A program made the position numbers and the translations under genes. The notes under the pieces are model-generated. The model did not search any database. It saw nothing but the letters and a program-made list of their open reading frames with translations, and was not told where the DNA came from. Source: Lingula anatina (Eukaryota > Animalia > Brachiopoda). Taken from it: a stretch of DNA of 64,000 bases. Numbering within the stretch: position 1 is the stretch's first letter; every line of letters starts with the position of its first letter. Where the stretch lies: contig CM120647.1 in the NCBI GenBank assembly GCA_051362555.1, forward strand, positions 19,630,651 to 19,694,650, in the 5' to 3' direction. Below are positions 38,110-51,100 of this stretch, one piece after another.

Positions 38110-39956
38110 ATGCAGACCATTCTTCTGGTGCTGTTGGTTGGTGTTGGCCTTGCCCTTGGTGCCAGGACCACCCAGGCGCCTAGGGTTATCACTGACCAGA
38201 GCCAGCAAAATGAAATAGACGACCTGAAGAGAATCGTAAGCACTTTGGGAAGGCAGCTTATGATGCAGCAGTTATTTGTAGAAGAGAGAGTGAGGTCCGA
38301 CGGGGCGTCGGGACTTAAGCAAATACGGCTGCAAGAAATTGGTGAGTTAAAACGTCTACCGGTACACTGTTAATTAAGTCTCTCTCTCCAGGTGCAATCA
38401 CCAATCAGGTGTTTCACTTACGTTGATATTTTGCCAAAAGTTTCTGAATCTTGCCATTAACTAGAGGCGTCTTTCGGGAATTTCAGAATTGTCATTGATC
38501 GCATTTCATTGTCAGTTCCTAGGCATTGCCCATGATGTTCTTCTTACCACAAACGTACAACGTTCTCTTAGACCCTTCTTTTACATAGGGAGGTATACTT
38601 AAGCGATATTGTCTGTATCGGTGCACTTTCAGATAAATTAAATGTGTTTTTACGTAAGAGAGCCACCTTACAGGAAGTCCACGCTCGACATATACAGGAA
38701 CTTCATCACACATGCAATCACATGTTAAAAATGACAAACACGATGGGCACAGGCTGTTTCGCTTAAGATCAACAGCACGATGTGAAGAACAAAAGGTTCA
38801 TATAAGCACACACACTTAAGGGAAATATACCATTTAACAGACTCAGCATCCTTTTCAAATTAAATAACAATGCATTCAAAGTTCTGCGATAACAGTTATG
38901 TTATCTGGTATTATTCCCTTCCTTCAAGGCACCCGGCCTTACCACGCAGAAACCTACGTCGGCAACTCCATGGCGTCCCTTCACGATCACGCTAACTACG
39001 ACAGAACAGTGGGTCTGGGAGAGTTCATCGCTGTTCTTAACGGGGTCGAGTTCCGCACCCGCCATAACGACTACAAACTGCGCATGCCCAGTAGGACCAG
39101 TTCCGCATATCACGCCACTGAGGATATCCCTTTCCCCGGTGTGCCACCCGAGGTAAGTGACTGACACACCCAGTTAGGGTCAGTGTGAGGCCAGTGTGGG
39201 TTCGAAATTGGGTCATGTGGGACTGGCATGGGTTAATGTGGGGATAGTGTGGGTTAAATGTCAGGCATTGTGGGACTGGTGTACAGGTGTCTGTGCGACC
39301 TTGTGGGGACAGTGTGGGACCTCTGTGGGTAAAATTTGATTGATTTTGGACTGACATGGGGCAATCTGGGACCATAGTGGGACTTATTCGGGGCAGGGTC
39401 GTACGCTGTCTGTCAGCTTTGGGGACTTTTTTCATATATGGTCAGGGTGGGACCACTGCACGTGTAGGGCCGACGTGAACTCAGGATGGGACAAACTGGG
39501 TTCATGTGGGTGGTCATGTCGTCCAATGTGGGGCCAATATGGGGGGGGGGGGGATTAGTGTGGAGAAATCTGGGATTCATATTGGTCACTGATTCTGTAT
39601 ATCTGGTCGCTCATACTGGGATTTGTTTATAAACATAAGTAGTTTTCCGAAACTCCTTTGTATGTTGCTTTTAATAGACTTTTTGATTATTTTCGTAAGA
39701 CGCTTTGAGATTTAAGAAAGTGCTTCCTGTAAGAATTTATCTTAATTGTTGTTGATGTTGTTTTGTCCGTACGTACTGTAAAAAGGGGCAACGAACTGTA
39801 CCGGTAATAGAGGGAAAAAATGCGAAAATATATTCTATTTACTATGTAATTCTAAATCAATAAGATATTTTTTTTCAAATCAAGGTAACGAAGTTGAGTA
39901 GCATCCAGGATCAAATCAATGAAATGAAGGAGTGGTTCAAAGCTTGGTGGTCGCAG
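38110..39956 (+). CDS. Secreted uncharacterised protein, first three coding exons (38110-38341, 38929-39152, 39885-39956); presumably continues beyond the window
   Basis: Signal peptide MQTILLVLLVGVGLALG and a coiled-coil. Conserved-looking motifs EERVRSDG.SG, HDHANY..TVGLGEF..VLNGVEFRTRHNDY and EMKEWFKAW. Splice phases are compatible. Confidence 0.8.
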
Positions 39957-42900
39957 GTACGTCTTTACTAAATTTACAAAAAAAAAACAGTTTCTGCATT
40001 AATATATGATAGGAATAAAATTGCTCTATATAAGAGCATTACGTTACACTATCTGATGCCTACCAACGAAGCTTCTGCGGCTCCGTGGTAACTCTGCGGT
40101 CTTGGAGACAGGGTCACACTTGTAGGCTGGTTCGAGTTCTAAAATATGTCATGTTAATGTTTTTTATGCTAATAATTCGTCAGTCACGGAGCGGGCGTGG
40201 ATGCAAAAAAAAAAAAAAAAAAAAAATCCCAAGGCTGTCAGAAACCATGGTAACGAACGGTCACGAGTTCGAGACCACCACAACAAGAGCAAAGGTATAG
40301 CACCTCATCATAACACTTGTAAACCATGTATAGCGGAAGAAATAGCTACATGGTCTTCGTCATACTGCTGTTGTTAACAGCCTTTGATCCCGTTGTTCTC
40401 TTTAATATCATAGGTAAACTTAATCTTAGTATAAAACAAACTCTAAGCTCCGTGTCGCGTTCTCAAACTCTGCTTTCTGTACATCATGAACTTTACCGTT
40501 CATGATAGAAAATGGTCGGGGACTGGGGTTGCGTGGGATGAAATACGGCACCCGGATTATCGATAGGGCTATGTACATCCGCTCTGGCCCTCTCCGTGAC
40601 AAGATTGAAAGTTTCCATCTGATCGTATCGTATTAACGAAGCTGCCATGGCTCCGTGGTAACGTTGCTGTCCTGGATACAGACAGACACTCGTATGCTGG
40701 TTCGAGTCTGAACATATTGTTTGTATTATTTTTGCCGGAATTGAATTTTGAAAATTGCGATTGGTTACTATAAGAGGAAATTCGTACGTATAGAGGGTGG
40801 GCGGGTCTGTCACGGCGCAGACGGTCGCGTGCATGGACGCAAATTAAGCAACCATGGTCTCGCAAAGTCACGAGTTCGAACCTCGGATGAGGCACGTCAG
40901 TCCAACACGACAACGACCGGGCCCCTCAATCGGGATGTAGAGAGAACGAGTGTGGGCTCTCGTGGGTCCTAGCCAATTACCTTTTGCATTAAAATATGGT
41001 ATACTTTAGAAAGTTTTCATTAAGTGATCGATTTAAAACAAACATATTGCTGGTCATAAGCATAAAATTTGCGAAGTCAATAATATTTCCTTTTTCTTTA
41101 ATTAAAAGTCTTATACTGACGTGGGAAGAACTGATCGTTGATCTTCGTCCTTTATGACGACACAGATCTTGAGCTATAGCTAACTTCGTATCTACGGTCC
41201 TCTCCGGTGTCACGGTCTTCCTTATGCACTGCATTTCATCAAAATATGCCATTTTCTCGGTGGGCTTATCAGAGAGAATTTTTTTTTTTTTTTTTTTTTA
41301 CAAAAGTTGCGCTGTCTCAGTTGCTTTTAACAGGCATACATTTTGCCTTTTCATGCCCCCCCCTTTCCTATCTTGGGCCCTTGCTTCTCAAAACTGTTCA
41401 TATGTTCATACAGTACCCGGGACAAGTTCGCAGTCGACATTTCAAAGAGTAAAGGCTACTCATTGTTGAAACCGCCGAGGTGTGAACAGCTGTGGATCTC
41501 ATCGTGCTCTGTTACGTCAAAAATAAAACCAAACGTTATCTCAGTGCAAAACAAAAGGAAAATAAATGCATCTGAAGTCATCTAACTAGGAACGTTTCGA
41601 GCAAGCCTATCAATGAAAGACGATAGAACTTAAATTGATAAAGCAGCTGTAACGGTGAAACAGCACCTCGTAGAATTACCCATTGGAATGTTTTTTTTAA
41701 CTCCCTCTTCTTAGGGTCTCGCTAAAAGTAAAACACGCCTGTTGTTAACAACATTTGATCTTGTTGTTCTCTTTAATATCATAGGTTAACTTAATCTTAG
41801 CATAAAACAAACTCCGAATTCCGTGTCGGGTTCTGAAACTCTGCTTTCTGTACATCATGAACTTAACCGTTCATGATAGACAATGGTCGGGGGACTGGGG
41901 TTCCGTGGGATGAAATACGGCACCCAGGTTATTGATTGGGATCTGTCCATCCGCTCTGGCCCTCTCCGTGACAAGATTGAAAATTTCCATCTGATCGTGT
42001 CGTAGCAACGAAGCTGCCATGGCTCCGTGGAAACTTTGCTGTCTTGGATGCAGGCAGACACTCGTACGCTGGTTCGAGTCCGAACATATTGTGTGTCTTT
42101 TTTGCCAGAATTAATTTTTGAAAATTGCGTTTAGTTACTATAAGAGGAAACTCGTACATACGGAGGGTGGGCGGGTCTGTCACGGAGCAGTTGATAGCGT
42201 GCATGGATGCAAATGAAGCAACCAAAGCGTCACCAACAATGGTAATGCAACGTCACGAGTTCGAATCCCGGATGAGGCTCGTCAGTCCAACACGACAACG
42301 ACCGGGCCCCTCAATCGGGATGTAGAGAGAACGAATGTGGGCTCTCGTGGGTCCTAGCAAATAACCTTTTGCATAAAAATACGGTATACATTAGAAAGTT
42401 TACATTAAATGATCGATTTAAAACGAACATATTGCGGGTCATTAGAATAAAGTCTGCGTCGTCAATAATATTTCCTTTCTCTTCAGTTAAAAGTCCTTAG
42501 ATTGGTGCCACAAATCTTGTACTTGAATTGAGCTACAGCTAACTCCGTATGTTCTGCATTTCATCAAAATGTGCTATCTTCTAGGTGGGATTATCAGAGA
42601 GTACATTTTTATTTATTATTTTTTTCTACAAAGGCCTCTGTTGCTTTTCACAAGGACACATTTTGTCTTTTCATGCCCCTCCTTTCCATTCTTGCACCCT
42701 TGCTTCTTAAGACTGTTCATGTGTTCATACAGTACCTGGGGCAAGTTCGCAGTCGACATTCGAAAGAGTAAAGACTACTCAATACTAAAACCGCACAGGT
42801 GCGAACAGCTGTGGGCCTCATCGCACTGTGTATCGTCAAAGGTGAAAGCAAACGTTATCTCAGTGCAAAACAAAATGAAAATAAAGGTATCTGAAGTTAT

Positions 42901-44817
42901 CTGACTAGGAACGTTCCGAGCAGGCCTATCAATGAAAGCCAACGAACTTGAATCGATTCAGTAGCTTTCCCGGTATAACAGCACGTCATACCACCTGTTA
43001 ACCGTGTTCAGCAGAAAAATGATATCTCTATTTATAATTGCAAAATATGTTTTATTCAAAATTTCTATCGATGCAATTGCTTATATGGAAATCGCACCAG
43101 TTATTACACATTTGAATGTTTTTTTCCTCTCTTCTTAGGGTCTCGCTAAAACTAAAAACACACGTCTATTGTGAACCGCCTTTGATCCCAATGCACTCTT
43201 TAATGTCATGGGTAAAGCCAAAATCAATCTTAGTTTAAAAAAAAAACTCCGAGCTCCGTGTCGGGTTCTCAAACACTCATGGCTTCCTGTTCATGATAAC
43301 CCATGGATTCTCGATTGGGTTAGCAGATACACACATGTTCGTCCAACCTGGCCCTCTCCGTGGCAAGGTTGAAAGTTCCCATCGGATCATTCCGTATCAA
43401 CGAAGCTGACGTGGCTCCGTGGTAACTTTGCTGTCTCGTTAATCGACAAACACTGGTACGCTGGTTCGAGACCCAGCAAGTGTAGTACTTTTTATTTTCC
43501 AGAATTAAATTTTAGAAATTCCGATTGGTTACTATAAGAGGAAACTCGTAAGTACGGAGGGTGGGCGGGTCTGTCACGGTGCAGTCGGTAGCGTGCTTGG
43601 ATGCAAATGAGATGCCCAAAGCGCCACCAACCATGGCAACGCAAAGTCACGAGTTCGAATCCCGGATGAGGCACGTCAGTCCATCACGACAACGACCGGG
43701 CCCTTGAATCGGAACCCAGATGCCACGAGAACGAACCTGGGCTCTCCTGGGTCCTAGCAAATTACCTTTTGCATAAAAATATGGTATACTTTAGAAAGTT
43801 TACATTAAATGATCGATTTAAAACGAACATATTGCGGGTCATTAGAATTAAGTCTGCGTCGTCAATAATATTTCCTTTCTCTTCAGTTAAAAGTCCTTAG
43901 ATTGGTGCCACAGATTTTGTACTTGAATTGAGCTACAGCTAACTCCGTATGTTATGCATTTCATCAAAATGTGCTATCTTCTAGGTGGGATTATCAGAGA
44001 GAAAATTTTTATTTATTATTTTTTTCTACAAAAGCCTCTGTTGCTTTTCACAAGGACACCTTTTGTCTTTTCATGCCCCTCCTTTCCATTCTTGCACCCT
44101 TGCTTCTTAAGACTGTTCATGTGTTCATACAGTACCCGGGGCAAGTTCGCAGTCGACATTCGAAAGAGTAAAGACTACTCAATACTAAAACCGCCCAGTT
44201 GCGAACAGCTGTGGGCCTCATCGCACTGTGTATCGTCAAAGGTGAAAGCAAACGTTATCTCAGTGCAAAACAAAATGAAAATAAAGGTATCTGAAGTTAT
44301 CTGACCAGGAACGTTCCGAGGAGGCCTATCGATGAAAGCCAACGAACTTGAATCGATTCAGTAGCTTTCCCGGTGTAACAGCACGTCATACCACCTGTTA
44401 ACTGTGTTCAGCAGAAAAATGATATCTTTATTTATAATTGCAAAATATGTTTTATTCAAAATTTCCATCGATGCAATTGCTTATATGGAAATCGCACCAG
44501 TTATTACACATTTGAATGTTTTTTTCCTCTCTTCTTAGGGTCTCGCTAAAACTAAAACACGTCTGTTGTGAACCGCCTTTGATCCCATTGCACTCTTTAA
44601 TGTCATGGGTAAAGCCAAAATCAATCTTAGTTTAAAACAAACTCCGAGCTCCGTGTTGGGTTCTCAAACACTCGTGGCTTCCTGTACATCATGAGTTTTA
44701 CCGTTCATGATAACCCATGGATTCTCGATTGGGATAGCAGATACACACATGTTCGTCCAACCTGGCCCTCTCCGTGGCAAGGTTGAAAGTTCCCATCGGA
44801 TCATTCCGTATCAACGA

Positions 44818-44907
44818 AGCTGACGTGGCTCCGTGGTAACTTTGCTGTCTCGTTTACCGACAGACACTGGTACGCTGGTTCGAGACCCAGCTAGTGTAGT
44901 ACTTTTT
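44818..44907 (+). ncRNA. Vault RNA-like Pol III gene (representative copy; one per array unit)
   Basis: AGCTGACGTGGCTCCGTGGTAACTT...GCTGGTTCGAGACCCAGCTAGTGTAGTACTTTTT has box A, box B, a weak terminal stem and an oligo-T terminator. About 90 nt. Confidence 0.55.
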
Positions 44908-44976
44908 ATTTTCCAGAATTAAATTTTAGAAATTCTGATTGGTTACTATAAGAGGAAACTCGTAAGTACGGAGGGT

Positions 44977-45184
44977 GGGCGGCTCTGTCACGGTGCAGTC
45001 GGTAGCGTGCTTGGATGCAAATGAGATGCCCAAAGCGCCACCAACCATGGCAACGCTAAGTCACGAGTTCGAATCCCCGATGAGGCACGTCAGTCCATCA
45101 CGACAACGACCGGGCCCTTGAATCGGGACCCGGATGCCACGAGAACGAACCTGGGCTCTCCTGGGTCCTAGCAAATTACCTTTT
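44977..45184 (+). ncRNA. Second Pol III-type small RNA candidate (representative copy; one per unit)
   Basis: TATAAGAG ~30 nt upstream, box A-like GGTGCAGTCGGTAG and box B GAGTTCGAATCC. 5' GGGCGG(G)TCTGTC pairs with GACAACGACCGGGCCC. A TTTT run follows a further hairpin. Confidence 0.45.
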
Positions 45185-48100
45185 GCATAAAAATATGGTA
45201 TACTTTAGAAAGTTTACATTAAATGATCGATTTAAAACGAACATATTGCGGGTCATTAGAATAAAGTCTGCGTCGTCAATAATATTTCCTTTCTCTTCAG
45301 TTAAAAGTCCTTAGATTGGTGCCACAGATTTTGTACTTGAATTGAGCTACAGCTAACTCCGTATGTTATGCATTTCATCAAAATGTGCTATCTTCTAGGT
45401 GGGATTATCAGAGAGAAAATTTTTATTTATTATTTTTTTCTACAAAAGCCTCTGTTGCTTTTCACAAGGACACATTTTGTCTTTTCATGCCCCTCCTTTC
45501 CATTCTTGCACCCTTGCTTCTTAAGACTGTTCATATGTTCATACAGTACCCGGGGCAAGTTCGCAGTCGACTTTCGAAAGAGTAAAGACTACTCAATACT
45601 AAAACCGCACAGGTGCGAACAGCTGTGGGCCTCATCGCACTGTGTATCGTCAAAGGTGAAAGCAAACGTTATCTCAGTGCAAAACAAAATGAAAATAAAG
45701 GTATCTGAAGTTATCTGACCAGGAACGTTCCGAGCAGGCCTATCGATGAAAGCCAACGAACTTGAATCGATTCAGTAGCTTTCCCGGTGTAACAGCACGT
45801 CATACCACCTGTTAACCGTGTTCAGCAGAAAAATGATATCTTTATTTATAATTGCAAAATATGTTTTATTCAAAATCTCCATCGATGCAATTGCTTATAT
45901 GGAAATCGCACCAGTTATTACACATTTGAATGTTTTTTTCCTCTCTTCTTAGGGTCTCGCTAAAACTAAAACACGTCTGTTGTGAACCGCCTTTGATCCC
46001 ATTGCACTCTTTAATGTCATGGGTAAAGCCAAAATCAATCTTAGTTTAAAACAAACTCCGAGCTCCGTGTTGGGTTCTCAAACACTCGTGGCTTCCTGTA
46101 CATCATGAGTTTTACCGTTCATGATAACCCATGGATTCTCGATTGGGATAGCAGATACACACATGTTCGTCCAACCTGGCCCTCTCCGTGGCAAGGTTGA
46201 AAGTTCCCATCGGATCATTCCGTATCAACGAAGCTGACGTGGCTCCGTGGTAACTTTGCTGTCTCGTTTACCGACAGACACTGGTACGCTGGTTCGAGAC
46301 CCAGCTAGTGTAGTACTTTTTATTTTCCAGAATTAAATTTTAGAAATTCCGATTGGTTACTATAAAAGGAAACTCGTAAGTACAGAGGGTGGGCGGGTCT
46401 GTCACGGTGCAGTCGGTAGCGTGCTTGGAAGTAAATGAGATGCCCAAAGCGCCACCAACCATGGCAACGCTAAGTCACGAGTTCGAATCCCCGATGAAGC
46501 ACGTCAGTCCATCACGACAACGACCGGGCCCTTGAATCGGGACCCGGATGCCACGAGAACGAACCTGGGCTCTCCTGGGTCCTAGCAAATTACCTTTTGC
46601 ATAAAAATATGGTATACTTTAGAAAGTTTACATTAAATGATCGATTTAAAACAAACATATTGCGGGTCATTAGAATAAAGTCTGCGTCGTCAATAATATT
46701 TCCTTTCTCTTCAGTTAAAAGTCCTTAGATTGGTGCCACAGATTTTGTACTTGAATTGAGCTACAGCTAACTCCGTATGTTATGCATTTCATCAAAATGT
46801 GCTATCTTCTAGGTGGGATTATCAGAGAGAAAATTTTTATTTATTATTTTTTTCTACAAAGGCCTCTGTTGCTTTTCACAAGGACACATTTTGTCTTTTC
46901 ATGCCCCTCCTTTCCATTCTTGCACCCTTGCTTCTTAAGACTGTTCATGTGTTCATACAGTACCTGGGGCAAGTTCGCAGTCGACATTCGAAAGAGTAAA
47001 GACTACTCAATACTAAAACCGCCCAGGTGCGAACAGCTGTGGGCCTCATCGCACTGTGTATCGTCAAAGGTGAAAGCAAACGTTATCTCAGTGCAAAACA
47101 AAATGAAAATAAAGGTATCTGAAGTTATCTGACCAGGAACGTTCCGAGCAGGCCTATCGATGAAAGCCAACGAACTTGAATCGATTCAGTAGCTTTCCCG
47201 GTATAACAGCACGTCATACCACCTGTTAACCGTGTTCAGCAGAAAAATGATATCTTTATTTATAATTGCAAAATATGTTTTATTCAAAATTTCCATCGAT
47301 GCAATTGCTTATATGGAAATCGCACCAGTTATTACACATTTGAATGTTTTTTTCCTCTCTTCTTATGGTCTCGCTAAAACTAAAACACGTCTGTTGTGAA
47401 CCGCCTTTGATCCCATTGCACTCTTTAATGTCATGGGTAAAGCCAAAATCAATCTTAATTTAAAACAAACTCCGAGCTCCGTGTTGGGTTCTCAAACACT
47501 CTTGGCCTACTGTACATCATGAGTTTTACCGTTCATGATAACCCATGGATTCTCGATTGGGATAGCAGATACACACATGTTCGTCCAACCTGGCCCTCTC
47601 CGTGGCAAGGTTGAAAGTTCCCATCGGATCATTCCGTATCAACGAAGCTGACGTGGCTCCGTGGTAACTTTGCTGTCTCGTTAATCGACAAACACTGGTA
47701 CGCTGGTTCGAGACCCAGCAAGTGTAGTACTTTTTATTTTCCAGAATTAAATTTTAGAAATTCCGATTGGTTACTATAAGAGGAAACTCGTAAGTACGGA
47801 GGGTGGGCGGGTCTGTCACGGTGCAGTCGGTAGCGTGCTTGGATGCAAATGAGATGCCCAAAGCGCCACCAACCATGGCAACGCAAAGTCACGAGTTCGA
47901 ATCCCGGATGAGGCACGTCAGTCCATCACGACAACGACCGGGCCCTTGAATCGGAACCCAGATGCCACGAGAACGAACCTGGGCTCTCCTGGGTCCTAGC
48001 AAATTACCTTTTGCATAAAAATATGGTATACTTTAGAAAGTTTACATTAAATGATCGATTTAAAACGAACATATTGCGGGTCATTAGAATAAAGTCTGCG

Positions 48101-51100
48101 TCGTCAATAATATTTCCTTTCTCTTCAGTTAAAAGTCCTTAGATTGGTGCCACAGATTTTGTACTTGAATTGAGCTACAGCTAACTCCGTATGTTATGCA
48201 TTTCATCAAAATGTGCTATCTTCTAGGTGGGATTATCAGAGAGAAAATTTTTATTTATTATTTTTTTCTACAAAGGCCTCTGTTGCTTTTCACAAGGACA
48301 CATTTTGTCTTTTCATGCCCCTCCTTTCCATTCTTGCACCCTTGCTTCTTAAGACTGTTCATGTGTTCATACAGTACCTGGGGCAAGTTCGCAGTCGACA
48401 TTCGAAAGAGTAAAGACTACTCAATACTAAAACCGCCCAGGTGCGAACAGCTGTGGGCCTCATCGCACTGTGTATCGTCAAAGGTGAAAGCAAACGTTAT
48501 CTCAGTGCAAAACAAAATGAAAATAAAGGTATCTGAAGTTATCTGACCAGGAACGTTCCGAGCAGGCCTATCGATGAAAGCCAACGAACTTGAATGGATT
48601 CAGTAGCTTTCCCGGTATAACAGCACGTCATACCACCTGTTAACCGTGTTCAGCAGAAAAATGATATCTTTATTTATAATTGCAAAATATGTTTTATTCA
48701 AAATTTCCATCGATGCAATTGCTTATATGGAAATCGCACCAGTTATTACACATTTGAATGTTTTTTTCCTCTCTTCTTATGGTCTCGCTAAAACTAAAAC
48801 ACGTCTGTTGTGAACCGCCTTTGATCCCATTGCACTCTTTAATGTCATGGGTAAAGCCAAAATCAATCTTAATTTAAAACAAACTCCGAGCTCCGTGTTG
48901 GGTTCTCAAACACTCTTGGCCTACTGTACATCATGAGTTTTACCGTTCATGATAACCCATGGATTCTCGATTGGGATAGCAGATACACACATGTTCGTCC
49001 AACCTGGCCCTCTCCGTGGCAAGGTTGAAAGTTCCCATCGGATCATTCCGTATCAACGAAGCTGACGTGGCTCCGTGGTAACTTTGCTGTCTCGTTTACC
49101 GACAGACACTGGTACGCTGGTTCGAGACCCAGCAAGTGTAGTACTTTTTATTTTCCAGAATTAAATTTTAGAAATTCCGATTGGTTACTATAAGAGGAAA
49201 CTCGTAAGTACGGAGGGTGGGCGGGTCTGTCACGGTGCAGTCGGTAGCGTGCTTGGATGCAAATGAGATGCCCAAAGCGCCACCAACCATGGCAACGCAA
49301 AGTCACGAGTTCGAATCCCGGATGAGGCACGTCAGTCCATCACGACAACGACCGGGCCCTTGAATCGGAACCCAGATGCCACGAGAACGAACCTGGGCTC
49401 TCCTGGGTCCTAGCAAATTACCTTTTGCATAAAAATATGGTATACTTTAGAAAGTTTACATTAAATGATCGATTTAAAACGAACATATTGCGGGTCATTA
49501 GAATAAAGTCTGCGTCGTCAATAATATTTCCTTTCTCTTCAGTTAAAAGTCCTTAGATTGGTGCCACAGATTTTGTACTTGAATTGAGCTACAGCTAACT
49601 CCGTATGTTATGCATTTCATCAAAATGTGCTATCTTCTAGGTGGGATTATCAGAGAGAAAATTTTTATTTATTATTTTTTTCTACAAAGGCCTCTGTTGC
49701 TTTTCACAAGGACACATGTTGTCTTTTCATGCCCCTCCTTTCCATTCTTGCACCCTTGCTTCTTAAGACTGTTCATGTGTTCATACAGTACCTGGGGCAA
49801 GTTCGCAGTCGACATTCGAAAGAGTAAAGACTACTCAATACTAAAACCGCCCAGGTGCGAACAGCTGTGGGCCTCATCGCACTGTGTATCGTCAAAGGTG
49901 AAAGCAAACGTTATCTCAGTGCAAAACAAAATGAAAATAAAGGTATCTGAAGTTATCTGACCAGGAACGTTCCGAGCAGGCCTATCGATGAAAGCCAACG
50001 AACTTGAATGGATTCAGTAGCTTTCCCGGTATAACAGCACGTCATACCACCTGTTAACCGTGTTCAGCAGAAAAATGATATCTTTATTTATAATTGCAAA
50101 ATATGTTTTATTCAAAATTTCCATCGATGCAATTGCTTATATGGAAATCGCACCAGTTATTACACATTTGAATGTTTTTTTCCTCTCTTCTTATGGTCTC
50201 GCTAAAACTAAAACACGTCTGTTGTGAACCGCCTTTGATCCCATTGCACTCTTTAATGTCATGGGTAAAGCCAAAATCAATCTTAATTTAAAACAAACTC
50301 CGAGCTCCGTGTTGGGTTCTCAAACACTCTTGGCCTACTGTACATCATGAGTTTTACCGTTCATGATAACCCATGGATTCTCGATTGGGATAGCAGATAC
50401 ACACATGTTCGTCCAACCTGGCCCTCTCCGTGGCAAGGTTGAAAGTTCCCATCGGATCATTCCGTATCAACGAAGCTGACGTGGCTCCGTGGTAACTTTG
50501 CTGTCTCGTTTACCGACAGACACTGGTACGCTGGTTCGAGACCCAGCAAGTGTAGTACTTTTTATTTTCCAGAATTAAATTTTAGAAATTCCGATTGGTT
50601 ACTATAAGAGGAAACTCGTAAGTACGGAGGGTGGGCGGGTCTGTCACGGTGCAGTCGGTAGCGTGCTTGGAAGTAAATGAGATGCCCAAAGCGCCATCAA
50701 CCATGGCAACGCTAAGTCACGAGTTCGAATCCCCGATGAAGCACGTCAGTCCATCACGACAACGACCGGGCCCTTGAATCGGGACCCGGATGCCACGAGA
50801 ACGAACCTGGGCTCTCCTGGGTCCTAGCAAATTACCTTTTGCATAAAAATATGGTATACTTTAGAAAGTTTACATTAAATGATCGATTTAAAACGAACAT
50901 ATTGCGGGTCATTAGAATTAAGTCTGCGTCGTCAATAATATTTCCTTTCTCTTCAGTTAAAAGTCCTTAGATTGGTGCCACAGATTTTGTACTTGAATTG
51001 AGCTACAGCTAACTCCGTATGTTATGCATTTCATCAAAATGTGCTATCTTCTAGGTGGGATTATCAGAGAGAAAATTTTTATTTATTATTTTTTTCTACA

